Shown one piece after another: positions 9,056-19,608 of a stretch of 64,000 nt of DNA. Source of the stretch: Dethiobacteria bacterium (GTDB lineage: Bacteria; Bacillota; Dethiobacteria; DTU022; UBA8154). Position numbers and translations under genes: made by a program. How positions within the stretch are numbered: the first letter of the stretch is position 1; each line of letters begins with the position of its first letter. The DNA lies in NCBI GenBank assembly GCA_050948825.1, contig JBMNEO010000010.1, positions 52,740 through 116,739 of the forward strand, written 5' to 3'. Below the pieces are notes generated by a model. It made no database searches and was not told the origin of the DNA. It was given only the letters and a program-made list of their open reading frames with translations.

Positions 9056-11155
9056 GTGCTCCAGACATTGCTTTGCCGGATATGGAAGAACTTAATAAAT
9101 AGCAGCAGAAAGCTCATAGTTGTTTTTATGCTCCTGCCGTCTTTGTTATTTATTTCTGCCTGCATGCCCAAGGTTCCTCCCCCACAGGGGGAGTCACCGA
9201 TTGAACCGGTGGTAAGCGGTCTGGAAAATTCAGACGAGCAGTTTCTCCGCGGCCGTTTTTCCGTAGTAAACCCTGAGATGACAGTTTATTCCCTGTCGAT
9301 ATCCGATACGGGCGGCAGTATCCTTTTCAGCCTGGATTCACGTTCTGTAAATATGATTGATGATCAGGGACAGCTAAAATGGGAATTTACCCCTGAAGGC
9401 CTTCCTTTATCCGCCGTGCTGACACCTGATGGGCGTTACCTGGCTGCAGGCACAGATCAGGGCAGGGTATATTTCATTAACGATAGCGGACGTGTTCTCT
9501 GGGAAAACTATTATACGGGGAAAGTTGAGCAGCTTGCCCTGGCTGATGACGGAGCTTATTTGGCGTTTTCGCTGGCAGGAGAAGACGGGCATACTCTTTA
9601 TCTCCTGGACCAATGGGGAACAACGCTTCAGGAGAAGAAAACAGGTCCTTTGCTCAAACTGAACATCCTGCCCGGGGGCGATATCTGTTATCTTGAAAAA
9701 GGGGAGGAGGTCAATACTGTTGTATACCTGAGAGGGGGGGAGGTTGTCTTTGAGGAAGAAGCTTTGCTAGCTTCCACATCCGGCTGCGGGAATTATGCCG
9801 TTATCTATAACGGCGATAAAATAAATCTATACAGACTCAATATCCATGCAAAACCCCGGTTGATCTCTACTTGTTCGGCAAGCGACAAGATCAGCTGGCT
9901 GGAGATTGCCGATAATGGAGAACGTATCTTTGCCTACAGCGCTTTTTCCGGATCCGGCAGTAACCTTTTTGTATTTCATAAAGAAGGTTACTTGCTCTGG
10001 GACAAGCGGATTCCCGGCGGATCCCTTTTGGATATCTCCTATTATGGAGAGAGGATTGTGGCTTCTTCCTGGCAGGAATACAGTGATGATTTTAGTAAAG
10101 TGCTCGTTTTTGACAGCAACGGCAATATTCTGCAGAAACTGGAGATGGCAACCAGGATAGAAAAACTGGCCCTGTCGGGTAACGGCAACATTCTCGCTCT
10201 TGCCGGCAATGACGGTAATATCTTTGTTATGGATATTCCCGTTCACAGGTTCCTGACTGCGGAGACAGATTTAAACGAAGAGAACGAAACGGAGAAAGAA
10301 ATTTACCATCCGGTAACATTTAACGTTCCTGCAGATGTAGCGTACCTGGTGCTTTATTTTTTTGATGAAGAAGCTGCGCACCTTATTCCTGTAAACCGCG
10401 GGATTAAAAAAAATCAGATGACCATGCAGATTGCAATAAACGAACTGATAAAGGGGCCGCGGCGCTTAAGCAATCTTTCCCGTACCATTCCCAAGGATAC
10501 CGCTATCAGTATTGCTCTTAATGAAGGTATTGTAACTATTGACCTTCCGGAAGAACTGAGCAAATTGGGTGATGCAAGCCAGATAACGGGTATTTTCAAT
10601 TCTCTTATCTCTACTATTTCACAGTTTCCCTACGTAACGGGGATACGTTTTTTGCTGTCGGGTGAAGAAGCCGCAACATTTGGTGCTACAGGCCTTTCTC
10701 TAGATAGGACTTTCCCTTCACGTTCTCCGGGGAAAAATACAAAACTGATTTATCTTCCGTACCGTTCCGGTGAACAATACTACCTGCTTCCCCGTGAGGT
10801 AATACAGCTGGGGCACAAACCATTCACCCCCGAGGAGATGGTTAATATGGTTCTGAAGGAAAGCAGGCTTTTATTTAATGAAGTTCCGGAACTGACTAAA
10901 GTTGAGCTGCAGGAAGATCGTATTGTTCTGGATTGGACATCTTCAATAATAAAAATGTTTCCATCCGGAGGCAGCCCGGAACAAAAAGCGCTGGCAGCTC
11001 TTTTTGTAGATGCGCTGTTGCTTACACTAGGGGAGAATTTACCGCCGGACCGCCTGGTTTTTCAAGTGGAGGGCAGAACCTGGCGGCTTCCGGCCGAATA
11101 TTCTATGTTGAATCTGGAAATCAGCCGTCCTTTTTATATTAACCCCGAGCAATAA
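9056..11155 (+). CDS. Predicted lipoprotein: beta-propeller (PQQ/WD40-like) plus GerMN-like domains
   Basis: Lipobox-like LFISAC; repeated G-x-x-x-W blades (GQLKWE, GRVLWE, GYLLWD); GerMN-like LYFFD..HLIPV.R, AINELIKGP, TISQFPYV..IRFL. Confidence 0.7.
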   Translation: MLQTLLCRIWKNLINSSRKLIVVFMLLPSLLFISACMPKVPPPQGESPIEPVVSGLENSDEQFLRGRFSVVNPEMTVYSLSISDTGGSILFSLDSRSVNMIDDQGQLKWEFTPEGLPLSAVLTPDGRYLAAGTDQGRVYFINDSGRVLWENYYTGKVEQLALADDGAYLAFSLAGEDGHTLYLLDQWGTTLQEKKTGPLLKLNILPGGDICYLEKGEEVNTVVYLRGGEVVFEEEALLASTSGCGNYAVIYNGDKINLYRLNIHAKPRLISTCSASDKISWLEIADNGERIFAYSAFSGSGSNLFVFHKEGYLLWDKRIPGGSLLDISYYGERIVASSWQEYSDDFSKVLVFDSNGNILQKLEMATRIEKLALSGNGNILALAGNDGNIFVMDIPVHRFLTAETDLNEENETEKEIYHPVTFNVPADVAYLVLYFFDEEAAHLIPVNRGIKKNQMTMQIAINELIKGPRRLSNLSRTIPKDTAISIALNEGIVTIDLPEELSKLGDASQITGIFNSLISTISQFPYVTGIRFLLSGEEAATFGATGLSLDRTFPSRSPGKNTKLIYLPYRSGEQYYLLPREVIQLGHKPFTPEEMVNMVLKESRLLFNEVPELTKVELQEDRIVLDWTSSIIKMFPSGGSPEQKALAALFVDALLLTLGENLPPDRLVFQVEGRTWRLPAEYSMLNLEISRPFYINPEQ

Positions 11156-11283
11156 TTGCCTTATGGAATTGTATTCCTTCCACAGTTAAGGTAGAATAAT
11201 GAAAAGGATAAGTTATTATTATACTACTTTTTATGACAAAATTTTTTCTCAACGCTGTAATGCAAATTTCAATTTAAAGGGAC

Positions 11284-13035
11284 GTGATCGGTTTGCTTAC
11301 CTTTAAAGAAGAGATCGCTGGTTTACTTTCTTCACTGACAGCGATGAGTCCTGCCGAGGTCGCTTCGTTGTTGGAAATCCCTCCTGAGGCGGGAATGGGG
11401 GAGTATGCTTTTCCCTGCTTTGCGCTGGCGCGCCTGCAAAAAAAACCTCCGCATATTATTGCTGCCGAGCTTGCAGATCAGATAAAGCCGGGTAGTTTTT
11501 CAGGAGAAGCTCAGAATAAAGGCCCTTATCTCAATTTCTATATCGACCGCCTTTATCTCTTTAAAAAGCTATTACCTGAGATAATCGATATCGGTGCCGG
11601 TTATGGGAAAGAGGAAGAGCATAACCATACAGTAGTTATTGATTATTCCGCGCCCAATATTGCCAAACCTTTTGGTGTAGGACATCTGCGTTCCACTGTT
11701 ATCGGCAGTGCCCTTTACCGGCTTTACAGGGCACTGGGATACCGCGTGGTGGGTATTAACCATATTGGCGATTGGGGAACGCAGTTTGGTAAATTAATCG
11801 TGGCTTTCCGCCGCTGGGGCAACAGCTCTGAGCTGGAAAAAGATCCTGTACATTATCTTTACCAGCTCTACGTGCAATTTCACCAGGAAGCGGAAAAAGA
11901 GCCTGAGCTTGATGAGGAAGCGCGTTACTGGTTCAGGCAGCTTGAGTTAGAGGACGAGGATGCTGTGGGTATGTGGGAGCATTTTCGCGGTTTGAGTCTC
12001 ATCGAATTCCAGCGTTTGTACAGGTTGATGGGTATTGAATTCGATTCCTATCAAGGGGAAAGCTTTTATAACGACATGCTGGACGGAACGGTAGAGCTGG
12101 TGCGGGAGAAAGGCTTGCTAAAGGAAAGCGAGGGGGCCTTGCTGGCGGATCTGGAGCCTCACGGGCTGCCACCCTGTCTGCTGCGCAAGAAAGACGGCGC
12201 AGCGCTGTATATGACCAGGGACCTTGCTGCGGCAATTTACAGGTATAAAAAATATCGCTTTAGTAAACTTCTGTATGTAGTTGGGGCAGAACAAACACTG
12301 CACTTCAAGCAGTTTTTTAAGCTGCTCGAGCTGATGGGTTTCCCCTGGGCCGGTGATTGTGTCCACGTTCCTTTCGGCTTGATTCATTTTAAGGATGGAA
12401 GGATGTCTACACGTGAGGGGAAAGTGATCTTTCTTGAGGAAGTAATTGACAAAGCGGTTGATATGGCGCAAAATATTATCCGCGAGAAGAATCCCGACCT
12501 GGCCAATAAAGAAGAGGCCGCAAAAATGGTTGGCCTGGGAGCGATAATATTCGGGGATCTCGTTAATGATCGTATCAAGGATGTAGAGTTCGACTGGGAT
12601 AAAGTGCTGGATTTCTCCGGAGAAACGGCACCCTATATTCAATATGCCCATGCGCGCATCTGCAGTATTTTGAGAAAGGCAAAGGGGGGAAATGTAACTG
12701 CAGATCCTGAGAAAGGGCGTTTGGCTGGCGGGCAGGCCGGTGAACTGGTTAGGGCGGAGGGCTTATTGGAAGCTCCCGAAGAAGAGCAGCTTTTGATAAC
12801 CCTTGCGCGTTTTAAGGAACAAATACGGCGCGCCGCGGAGGAATACCGTCCTTCTTTCCTGGCCCGCTATCTTCTTGACCTGGCCAGGGATTTTAATAAA
12901 TTTTACCACAATTGCCCTGTTCTTACGGCTGCCGACGGTCTAAAAGAGGCAAGGCTGCTGTTGATTGATGGTGTACGTGTTGTCCTGCATAACGGACTTG
13001 ACCTTTTGGGGATTGAAGCTCCGGAAGAAATGTAA
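11284..13035 (+). CDS. argS: Arginine--tRNA ligase
   Basis: DYSAPNIAKPFGVGHLRS (HIGH-like), NHIGDWGTQFG, RMSTREG, PYIQYAHARICSI. Confidence 0.96.
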   Translation: MIGLLTFKEEIAGLLSSLTAMSPAEVASLLEIPPEAGMGEYAFPCFALARLQKKPPHIIAAELADQIKPGSFSGEAQNKGPYLNFYIDRLYLFKKLLPEIIDIGAGYGKEEEHNHTVVIDYSAPNIAKPFGVGHLRSTVIGSALYRLYRALGYRVVGINHIGDWGTQFGKLIVAFRRWGNSSELEKDPVHYLYQLYVQFHQEAEKEPELDEEARYWFRQLELEDEDAVGMWEHFRGLSLIEFQRLYRLMGIEFDSYQGESFYNDMLDGTVELVREKGLLKESEGALLADLEPHGLPPCLLRKKDGAALYMTRDLAAAIYRYKKYRFSKLLYVVGAEQTLHFKQFFKLLELMGFPWAGDCVHVPFGLIHFKDGRMSTREGKVIFLEEVIDKAVDMAQNIIREKNPDLANKEEAAKMVGLGAIIFGDLVNDRIKDVEFDWDKVLDFSGETAPYIQYAHARICSILRKAKGGNVTADPEKGRLAGGQAGELVRAEGLLEAPEEEQLLITLARFKEQIRRAAEEYRPSFLARYLLDLARDFNKFYHNCPVLTAADGLKEARLLLIDGVRVVLHNGLDLLGIEAPEEM

Positions 13036-13082
13036 ACAATCCGGAAGAAATGTAAACATTAATGTAAACATTTATGAAGTAG

Positions 13083-14381
13083 GTGGAAAAATTGCTGGAT
13101 TTACGTTTTGTCAGGGAAAACATTCCGGCGGTACGCCGGGCGATAGAGACCAAAGGCGAACAAGCAGCTCTGGATGATTTTCTGCGTCTGGATACGAAGC
13201 GGAGAGAACTGTTGCAGGAAGTAGAGGAGCTAAAACACCGGCGCAACGTTGTTTCCAAGGACGTGGGCAGGCTGAAAAAGGAAGGGCGGGATGCGGCGGA
13301 GCTAGTGGAGAAGATGCGCCTTGTAAATGAACGCATTAAAGAACTGGACGAAGAACAAAGGCAAATTGATACCACCATGGAAGAGATACTCTTACATATT
13401 CCCAATCTGCCTGATCCTGAGGTTCCCGTAGGAACGAACGAAGAGGACAACAAGGAAGTTCGCCGCTGGGGGGACGTCCCGCAATTTGAATTTAGCGCCA
13501 GGCCTCACTGGGAGCTGGGAGAACAGCTGGGGATATTGGATTTCCCCCGAGCCGGGAAAATAACCGGTTCGCGGTTTGTGCTTTACCGGGGAGAAGGTGC
13601 CCGCCTGGAAAGGGCTTTAATTAATTTCATGCTTGACCTGCATACCTCCGAGCACGGCTACAAAGAGATTTTCCCTCCCTTTTTAGTCCACAGCCGGAGC
13701 ATGCTCGGCACCGGGCAGCTTCCGAAGTTTGCCGAGGATGCCTTCAATGTAGCCGGGACGGAGTACTGGCTGATTCCTACGGCCGAGGTGCCGGTAACCA
13801 ACTTGCACCGCGAGGAGATTCTGGAGAAGGAGCAGCTGCCCCTTTATTACGTTGCTTACAGTGCCTGCTTTAGGGCTGAAGCCGGCGCTCACGGCAGGGA
13901 CACCCGGGGGCTGATCAGGCAGCACCAGTTTAATAAGGTGGAGCTGGTCAAATTCACATTACCGGAAGATTCCAGCGAGGAGCTGGAGAAGCTGGTAAAC
14001 AATGCGGAGAAGGTGCTGCAGCTTTTGGGGATACCGTACCGGGTAATGCTCATGTGTACGGGCGACCTGGGGTTTGCAGCGGCCAAAAAATTCGATCTGG
14101 AGATCTGGTATCCCGCTTACAATGCCTACCGCGAAGTATCCTCCTGCAGCAATTTCCGTGATTTTCAGGCCCGCCGGGCAGGGATACGTTTTCGCCCCGC
14201 TCCGGGGGCGAGGGCGGAATTTGTCCATACACTGAACGGGTCCGGTGTTGCCATCGGGCGGACGCTGGCCGCTGTCCTGGAAAACTACCAGCAGGAAGAT
14301 GGTAGCGTCGTTATTCCGGAAGTGTTGCGCCCCTATTTTCCTAAGGATCACGAAGGGATTATCAGGCCGGAACAGGCTTAA
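13083..14381 (+). CDS. serS: Serine--tRNA ligase
   Basis: N-terminal coiled coil; [35 protein letters not shown]. Confidence 0.97.
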   Translation: MEKLLDLRFVRENIPAVRRAIETKGEQAALDDFLRLDTKRRELLQEVEELKHRRNVVSKDVGRLKKEGRDAAELVEKMRLVNERIKELDEEQRQIDTTMEEILLHIPNLPDPEVPVGTNEEDNKEVRRWGDVPQFEFSARPHWELGEQLGILDFPRAGKITGSRFVLYRGEGARLERALINFMLDLHTSEHGYKEIFPPFLVHSRSMLGTGQLPKFAEDAFNVAGTEYWLIPTAEVPVTNLHREEILEKEQLPLYYVAYSACFRAEAGAHGRDTRGLIRQHQFNKVELVKFTLPEDSSEELEKLVNNAEKVLQLLGIPYRVMLMCTGDLGFAAAKKFDLEIWYPAYNAYREVSSCSNFRDFQARRAGIRFRPAPGARAEFVHTLNGSGVAIGRTLAAVLENYQQEDGSVVIPEVLRPYFPKDHEGIIRPEQA

Positions 14382-14535
14382 GGCTGCACGCGATTGATTC
14401 AACTTCTAAGAAATGGCTGTCGATAATTTGTGGACATCTGCAATCTCCGATTGGAATTAGGGATTCGGATCCGGAACCGGATTTGGGATTCGGGTTTTGG
14501 ATTGTTCCCCGGTGTCATTTTGGATTGCTCCTCGG

Positions 14536-14564
14536 TTGACAGTGTTGCCGTCTTGTGCTATACT
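14536..14564 (+). promoter_or_regulatory. SigA-type promoter of tRNA cluster
   Basis: TTGACA-N17-TATACT with extended TG. Confidence 0.75.
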
Positions 14565-14607
14565 CATGCTACGGAAAGGGGCCGGCGGTTTTTCCTGGGA
14601 ACAACCG

Positions 14608-14695
14608 GGAGGGGTGTCCGAGCGGTTTAAGGAGCCGGTCTTGAAAACCGGTGACTCGACAAGAGCCGTGGGTTCGAATCCCACCCCCTCCGCCA
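14608..14695 (+). tRNA. tRNA-Ser(TGA)
   Basis: Cloverleaf with long variable arm, anticodon loop CT-TGA-AA, TTCGAAT, 3' GCCA. Confidence 0.95.
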
Positions 14696-14718
14696 AAAAG
14701 AGAATGAGGGAAAAATGC

Positions 14719-14813
14719 GGAGAGATGGCCGAGCCGGTCGAAGGCGGTCGCCTGCTAAGCGATTAAGCGGGTTAAAGCTCGCTTCGTGGGTTCGAATCCC
14801 ACTCTCTCCGCCA
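14719..14813 (+). tRNA. tRNA-Ser(GCT)
   Basis: Anticodon loop CT-GCT-AA, long variable arm, 3' GCCA. Confidence 0.95.
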
Positions 14814-14819
14814 CAATAT

Positions 14820-14896
<77 letters not shown>

Positions 14897-14912
14897 TGAT
14901 TATTATAAATTT

Positions 14913-14948
14913 AAGGCTTGGGATAAATAAATCCCCAGGCCTTTTTTT
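14913..14948 (+). terminator. Intrinsic terminator of tRNA cluster
   Basis: AGGCTTGGG...CCCAGGCCT followed by T7. Confidence 0.65.
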
Positions 14949-15110
14949 ATTGATTTGATATTCTAAAAGGGAAAAGCGACATTTATTCGGAAGAGATGCT
15001 GCCCTGGGGCGGATTATTTCAATTTAAAAGTACGCCATAATTGCATAGAAGTGAACATAGTAATAAACATGTTGTATTTTAAAAACCAGTTTTTCAGGGA
15101 ACACAGCTAA

Positions 15111-16010
15111 ATGAACGATGGTTATGTAAAAGTAATCATGGCTTCGATAATATGGGGAACAATTGGCATTTTTGCCCGTTGGAGCGGTGCCGATCCGCTG
15201 CTATTATCCTTTTCACGTTCTTTCCTGACTGTTCCGGCACTGCTTCTTTTCTTATATTGCAAGCGTGAAGCTCTTCCCTGGCTCCGTGCCAGAGATTTTT
15301 TTCCGGTAATTATCAGCGGTGTGTTTCGGGCTGCAGGTTTGTACTTTTATTTTGTTGCAATAAGCCTGACTTCCCTGTGTTATACATTGATTATATTTTA
15401 TCTGGCCCCTGTTATGATCGTCCTGTTAGGCCCGTTATTTATCGGGGAAAGGTTCGAAAAGAACAGCCTGTATGCACTCTTTATTGCCGTTTGCGGCATT
15501 GTGTTTGTCCTTATATCGATCTTCGATGACCATTTCTCCGCTGTACAGCTAAACGGGATTATAAATGCCTTCTTGGGAGCTGTATGTTTTGCATTTACCG
15601 TAACAATCGCTAAAGGGTTAAAAAAAGTAAATGGTTTGGCTCTGACCTTTTATCAAATGCTTGTGGCGGCAGTCTGCTTGCTGCCTTTTCTTAATATCCG
15701 GGAAGCACTGGTATATATCCTTAAAATTGATGCATTTAAGATCTCCAGCTTGTTATTGCTGGGGATTATGCATACCGCTTTAGCTTATGCCATCTATCAT
15801 GAAGGCCTGAAAGTGGTAAAAATACAGCATGCCGGCATTTTCCTTTATCTGGACCCGGTCGTCGCATCAATACTGGGGTATCTGATTTTCCGGGAAACAA
15901 TTAGCCTGTCGGGGTTTCTCGGGGCGTTTCTAATAATAGCTGCGGGAATTGTCGTGACCGTCGAAAGTATAGGAAATAATACTGGAATTATTGGCAGAAA
16001 TAGGTGTTGA
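15111..16010 (+). CDS. EamA/DMT-family transporter
   Basis: About 10 hydrophobic segments in two repeats; IIWGTIGIF, YLAPV, YLDPV, GYLIFRE. Confidence 0.88.
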   Translation: MNDGYVKVIMASIIWGTIGIFARWSGADPLLLSFSRSFLTVPALLLFLYCKREALPWLRARDFFPVIISGVFRAAGLYFYFVAISLTSLCYTLIIFYLAPVMIVLLGPLFIGERFEKNSLYALFIAVCGIVFVLISIFDDHFSAVQLNGIINAFLGAVCFAFTVTIAKGLKKVNGLALTFYQMLVAAVCLLPFLNIREALVYILKIDAFKISSLLLLGIMHTALAYAIYHEGLKVVKIQHAGIFLYLDPVVASILGYLIFRETISLSGFLGAFLIIAAGIVVTVESIGNNTGIIGRNRC

Positions 16011-16219
16011 TTGTGCTATTAAAAACTCAATAGGGATTTATTTATCCGGTATTGCATCGGTTTCGGGTTTGCAGCCTCAAGGCGCATGAGTATAGCGCTT
16101 GTTTTTTACCTTGTCGGCTTTGTTATTAGGTTCGTTATTACTTGTATCCACGGGCGCCTGTTTTTAATTTCCTCGTGTATTGCTCTGCAGAATGTGTCTG
16201 TAGGTAACTGAAGCCGGTA

Positions 16220-17455
16220 TTAGCGTTGTTCCTTCAGCTCCGGAGGGAGCATTTTTTCTTCATCGGTAAAAAAGAAAATAACAGATGCCAGTATCACAGC
16301 GAGTCCGGCGATAGGCAGGAAAGTTGCATGGATATTGATATCCAGTAAGGTGGCGATTAGATAAGGTGCCGCCGCGGCACCCAGGCAGCGGGCGCTGCCA
16401 AAAATAGTGGTCATGATTCCCCGGTGGCTGCGGGAAGATACTGCCGAGCCAATGGTGTCCAGTACCGGCAGGAGCAGCCCTGCACTAAATCCTATCAGTA
16501 CTAGATTCGGCCAGATAAGTTTGGTAGAGTAAATATAGGGAACAAGGAAAAGGGAAACCCCAGAAATCAGGAGTCCGGCGGCCAGGGTGACGCGCGGTCC
16601 GATTTTTGTGGAGATCACCGGCGTGAAATAAGCGGTTACCATCATTGCGGCTACCGGAATGGCTATGATTAACCCGTGGATGACGGTCCCATCGGGGATT
16701 TTTTGGCCAATGAATTCACCCACCCAAAACATAGTCCCAAACAGGAATAATATGCCGGAAAAGGATGCAAGAAGAGCGAGGATGTTATGCAAATTTAGCA
16801 GCTGGGATAGTGAACCCAGTTCAGAGCGAAGCGAGACCTTTTCCTGCTGTTGTGGTTCTTTGATGGAAAACCAGAATAAGAAAGCAACCGGAAAGGAAAT
16901 AATGGGGTAGACAAAAAAGGGGGCATACCAGCCCAGCAGCCCTGCAATTCCCCCGATAATCGGGCTGGAAAGTTTCCCCAGGCCGTTTGCTATTTCCAGG
17001 AAGCCCATCACCCTGGTTCTTTCCTGACTCTGAAAAATATCACCGGCCAGCGCAACAGCCAGATACATAGGTGTTGCTGAGCCGACTCCCTGTAAAAAGC
17101 GGAAAAATAGCACCGTCCGGAAAGGGTTTTCCAACATTAGCAGCGCTGCTCCGGCCAGCCCTCCTGCTGCACCGTAAAGGAAAATAGAAGGAACGACGAT
17201 CTTTTTCCTTCCCCACCTGTCCGCCAGGATACCGCCAAAGGGATTTAATAAAGCGGCAGTAAAAGATACTATGACAAACATCAGCGATATTTCTTGCAGC
17301 GTCAGGCCAAGCGCTTTTCTCATCTGTGGGAAAACCGGCAAAAGCATCGTATTGGCCATGATCATAATCGAGGTTGATGCCCCCAGTGACAGGACCTTTA
17401 AATTTGTTGTCGTTTCCATAACAAATAAAAGCTCGAAATTGCCTTCAAACAGCAT
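16220..17455 (-). CDS. MFS transporter
   Basis: Motif A GILADRWGRKK, FRFLQGVG, about 12 TM; start may be METT (about 17419). Confidence 0.9.
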   Translation of the reverse strand: MLFEGNFELLFVMETTTNLKVLSLGASTSIMIMANTMLLPVFPQMRKALGLTLQEISLMFVIVSFTAALLNPFGGILADRWGRKKIVVPSIFLYGAAGGLAGAALLMLENPFRTVLFFRFLQGVGSATPMYLAVALAGDIFQSQERTRVMGFLEIANGLGKLSSPIIGGIAGLLGWYAPFFVYPIISFPVAFLFWFSIKEPQQQEKVSLRSELGSLSQLLNLHNILALLASFSGILFLFGTMFWVGEFIGQKIPDGTVIHGLIIAIPVAAMMVTAYFTPVISTKIGPRVTLAAGLLISGVSLFLVPYIYSTKLIWPNLVLIGFSAGLLLPVLDTIGSAVSSRSHRGIMTTIFGSARCLGAAAAPYLIATLLDINIHATFLPIAGLAVILASVIFFFTDEEKMLPPELKEQR

Positions 17456-17822
17456 TTCGAAGCTTTCCTTCCATTGTATTCTTTTACACCTGCGAACCCG
17501 GCGGGTAAGCGGGTAAGCGGTTAATCCGGCGGGTATTAATGATTATACTGGTAATCAAGGAACAATAATAATTTAATTAACACTGCGGAAAAAAAGTAAC
17601 AACTGCACCATCATTATTTTTTACATTAGACGCTTTATATATTACTGATTGCCGGCAAAAATAATAATATATCCCTCCCCGCCTTAAACAAGATGGCATT
17701 ATCACAGATTAAACACACAATAATATAAAATTGATGGTATAGTATAATGTTATATGATATAATTCCAAAAGTTGGCTGGAATCAAGAAAAGGAATCGGAA
17801 TCAAGGGGATGGTTAATTCAGA

Positions 17823-18281
17823 ATGATATGGAATGATGAACGATATATGGAGGTAGCGCTGGAGTTGGCCGAAGAAGCGTTTAAGCGCGGGGAAGTGCCT
17901 ATCGGCGCGGTGCTGGTAAGGGATGGGGAAATATTATCTCAAAACCACAACCGCCGTGAGGAATTAAAAGATGCCACGGCGCATGCGGAAATTCTCGTTC
18001 TGCGCGAGGCGGGGGGACTGCTGGGAAGCTGGCGCCTGCTGGGGACCACGCTATATGTTACGCTGGAACCGTGTCCGATGTGTGCCGGCGCCCTCGTGCA
18101 AGCCAGGGTATCCCGCCTTGTTTTCGGGGCACGGGATCCCAAGGGAGGCGCGGCCGTTTCGCTTTACAATATTCCTGTGGACCCCAGATTGAACCATCGC
18201 CTTGAGGTGGAAGAGGGTATCCTGAGTGAAAGATGTGCTTCTTTGCTGCAGAATTTTTTTAAAGAACGTCGCGAGAAATAA
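17823..18281 (+). CDS. tadA: tRNA adenosine(34) deaminase
   Basis: GEVPIGAV, TAHAE, TLEPCPMCAGA; syntenic with serS/SRP/dnaX. Confidence 0.95.
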   Translation: MIWNDERYMEVALELAEEAFKRGEVPIGAVLVRDGEILSQNHNRREELKDATAHAEILVLREAGGLLGSWRLLGTTLYVTLEPCPMCAGALVQARVSRLVFGARDPKGGAAVSLYNIPVDPRLNHRLEVEEGILSERCASLLQNFFKERREK

Positions 18282-18449
18282 GTAGTTATGCTAGAATAGT
18301 ATTAGTATGCATTAAGTATCAGTGCTTATAAAGTGAATTCATAATTCTAATCTTTATCGGTTCGTTCTCGCTGTCATTCGGGCTTCTTTACACGTTTTCA
18401 GTACTGTTGTATAATAAATATTACAGTCCGCAATAAGTAATCTTAGTAT

Positions 18450-18541
18450 GGAGAGATGGCCGAGTCCGGTTGAAGGCGCACGACTCGAAATCGTGTAACG
18501 GTTGACCCCGTTCGTGGGTTCAAATCCCACTCTCTCCGCCA
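18450..18541 (+). tRNA. tRNA-Ser(CGA)
   Basis: Anticodon loop CT-CGA-AA, long variable arm, 3' GCCA. Confidence 0.95.
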
Positions 18542-18554
18542 GAAGAAACCTTAC

Positions 18555-18611
18555 GAGTAGACAGGGAAGGGTTTTAGCCGAGGATCGGCCAAAACCCTTC
18601 CCTGTCTACTC
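18555..18611. repeat. Long hairpin (21-bp perfect arms) after tRNA-Ser(CGA)
   Basis: GAGTAGACAGGGAAGGGTTTT / AAAACCCTTCCCTGTCTACTC. Confidence 0.85.
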
Positions 18612-18912
18612 ACTGCATTTTTCTACTCCAGCCAATCTGGCTGCAGAACCGCTGTCGAAACATTTATTTTTTTCCAATATGCCCTTTTGTTCGCTTGTGA
18701 TAGGGATGAAGTTCTTTGGGGAGGCATACTCTATTTTTTCGAAAAGGGCGGTGTTAGGACCATGTACCCTCGGCAGAGCATAACAAGGACATGTCGGTTG
18801 GCGGGTTCTGACAGCTGCGATAGGAGAACCGTCCCTTCTTTCGGTGTACTCTATCAAGTTAGTTCCAGCATAAAAAACTTTTCTTATTCATTTTTCATTT
18901 CTCTGCAGGAGC

Positions 18913-18941
18913 TTGCAATTGTATTTTGTTTATGGTAGAGT
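18913..18941 (+). promoter_or_regulatory. SigA-type promoter of cold-shock gene (long 5' UTR)
   Basis: TTGCAA-N17-TAGAGT with extended TG. Confidence 0.5.
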
Positions 18942-19066
18942 AATTTGGAATTAAAAAGATGAGAAGAACTTAAACGAACTTAAGGCCTCTTAACATAGCA
19001 AGGACAAAGTATGTTTGTGTTATTCCGCTTTTTGATTCAAAAAATATTAAGGAGGCCTGCCATTAT

Positions 19067-19264
19067 ATGGAAGGTAAAGTTAAATGGTTTAATTCAGAGA
19101 AAGGATACGGATTTATTGAAAGAAGCGAAGGCGGAGATGTATTCGTTCACTTTTCAGCGATCCAGACCGATGGGTTTAAAACATTAGAAGAAGGGCAAAG
19201 CGTAAAATTTGACGTTGTCGAAGGCAATCGCGGCCTTCAAGCGGCTAACGTTGTTCCTTTATAA
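19067..19264 (+). CDS. cspA: Cold-shock protein
   Basis: GKVKWFN, KGYGFI (RNP1), VFVHFSAI (RNP2); SD AAGGAGG. Confidence 0.96.
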   Translation: MEGKVKWFNSEKGYGFIERSEGGDVFVHFSAIQTDGFKTLEEGQSVKFDVVEGNRGLQAANVVPL

Positions 19265-19276
19265 GATTTCCAAGCC

Positions 19277-19309
19277 GTGCGACAGAGGGGACGGTTCTCT
19301 CTGTCGCAC
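19277..19309. repeat. REP-like palindrome, may also act as cspA terminator
   Basis: GTGCGACAGAG-GGGACGGTTCT-CTCTGTCGCAC followed by T-rich tail. Confidence 0.85.
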
Positions 19310-19608
19310 TATTTTTATTACTGGGAATGTGGTAGCTACAACATAAGAACTGCCGCTTGCTGCAGACCCTGCCGCACAATGGGATGAAATTCAGTTTTTA
19401 TACTATTCAACACACAGCGCATAAAGATGGAATTTTGTAATAGTTTTACCAGTATAGTGCCGGAGTGCTGGTTGGAGGTTGACACTAAAACTACCTGTGC
19501 GAGCGACAGGGTGTGAACATTCTTTCTGTAAATGGCAATAATCTCCATTGTTTAATGGGGATTATTGCCATTTACACGGGTGTTCATTCAACCTCTACTA
19601 AAACACCC

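Noticed and set aside
18606-18857. Minus-strand ORF ending SGSAARLAGV, reminiscent of UPF0175 proteins
   Set aside because: Similarity covers about 10 residues, the ORF overlaps a repeat, and no partner toxin or SD is evident
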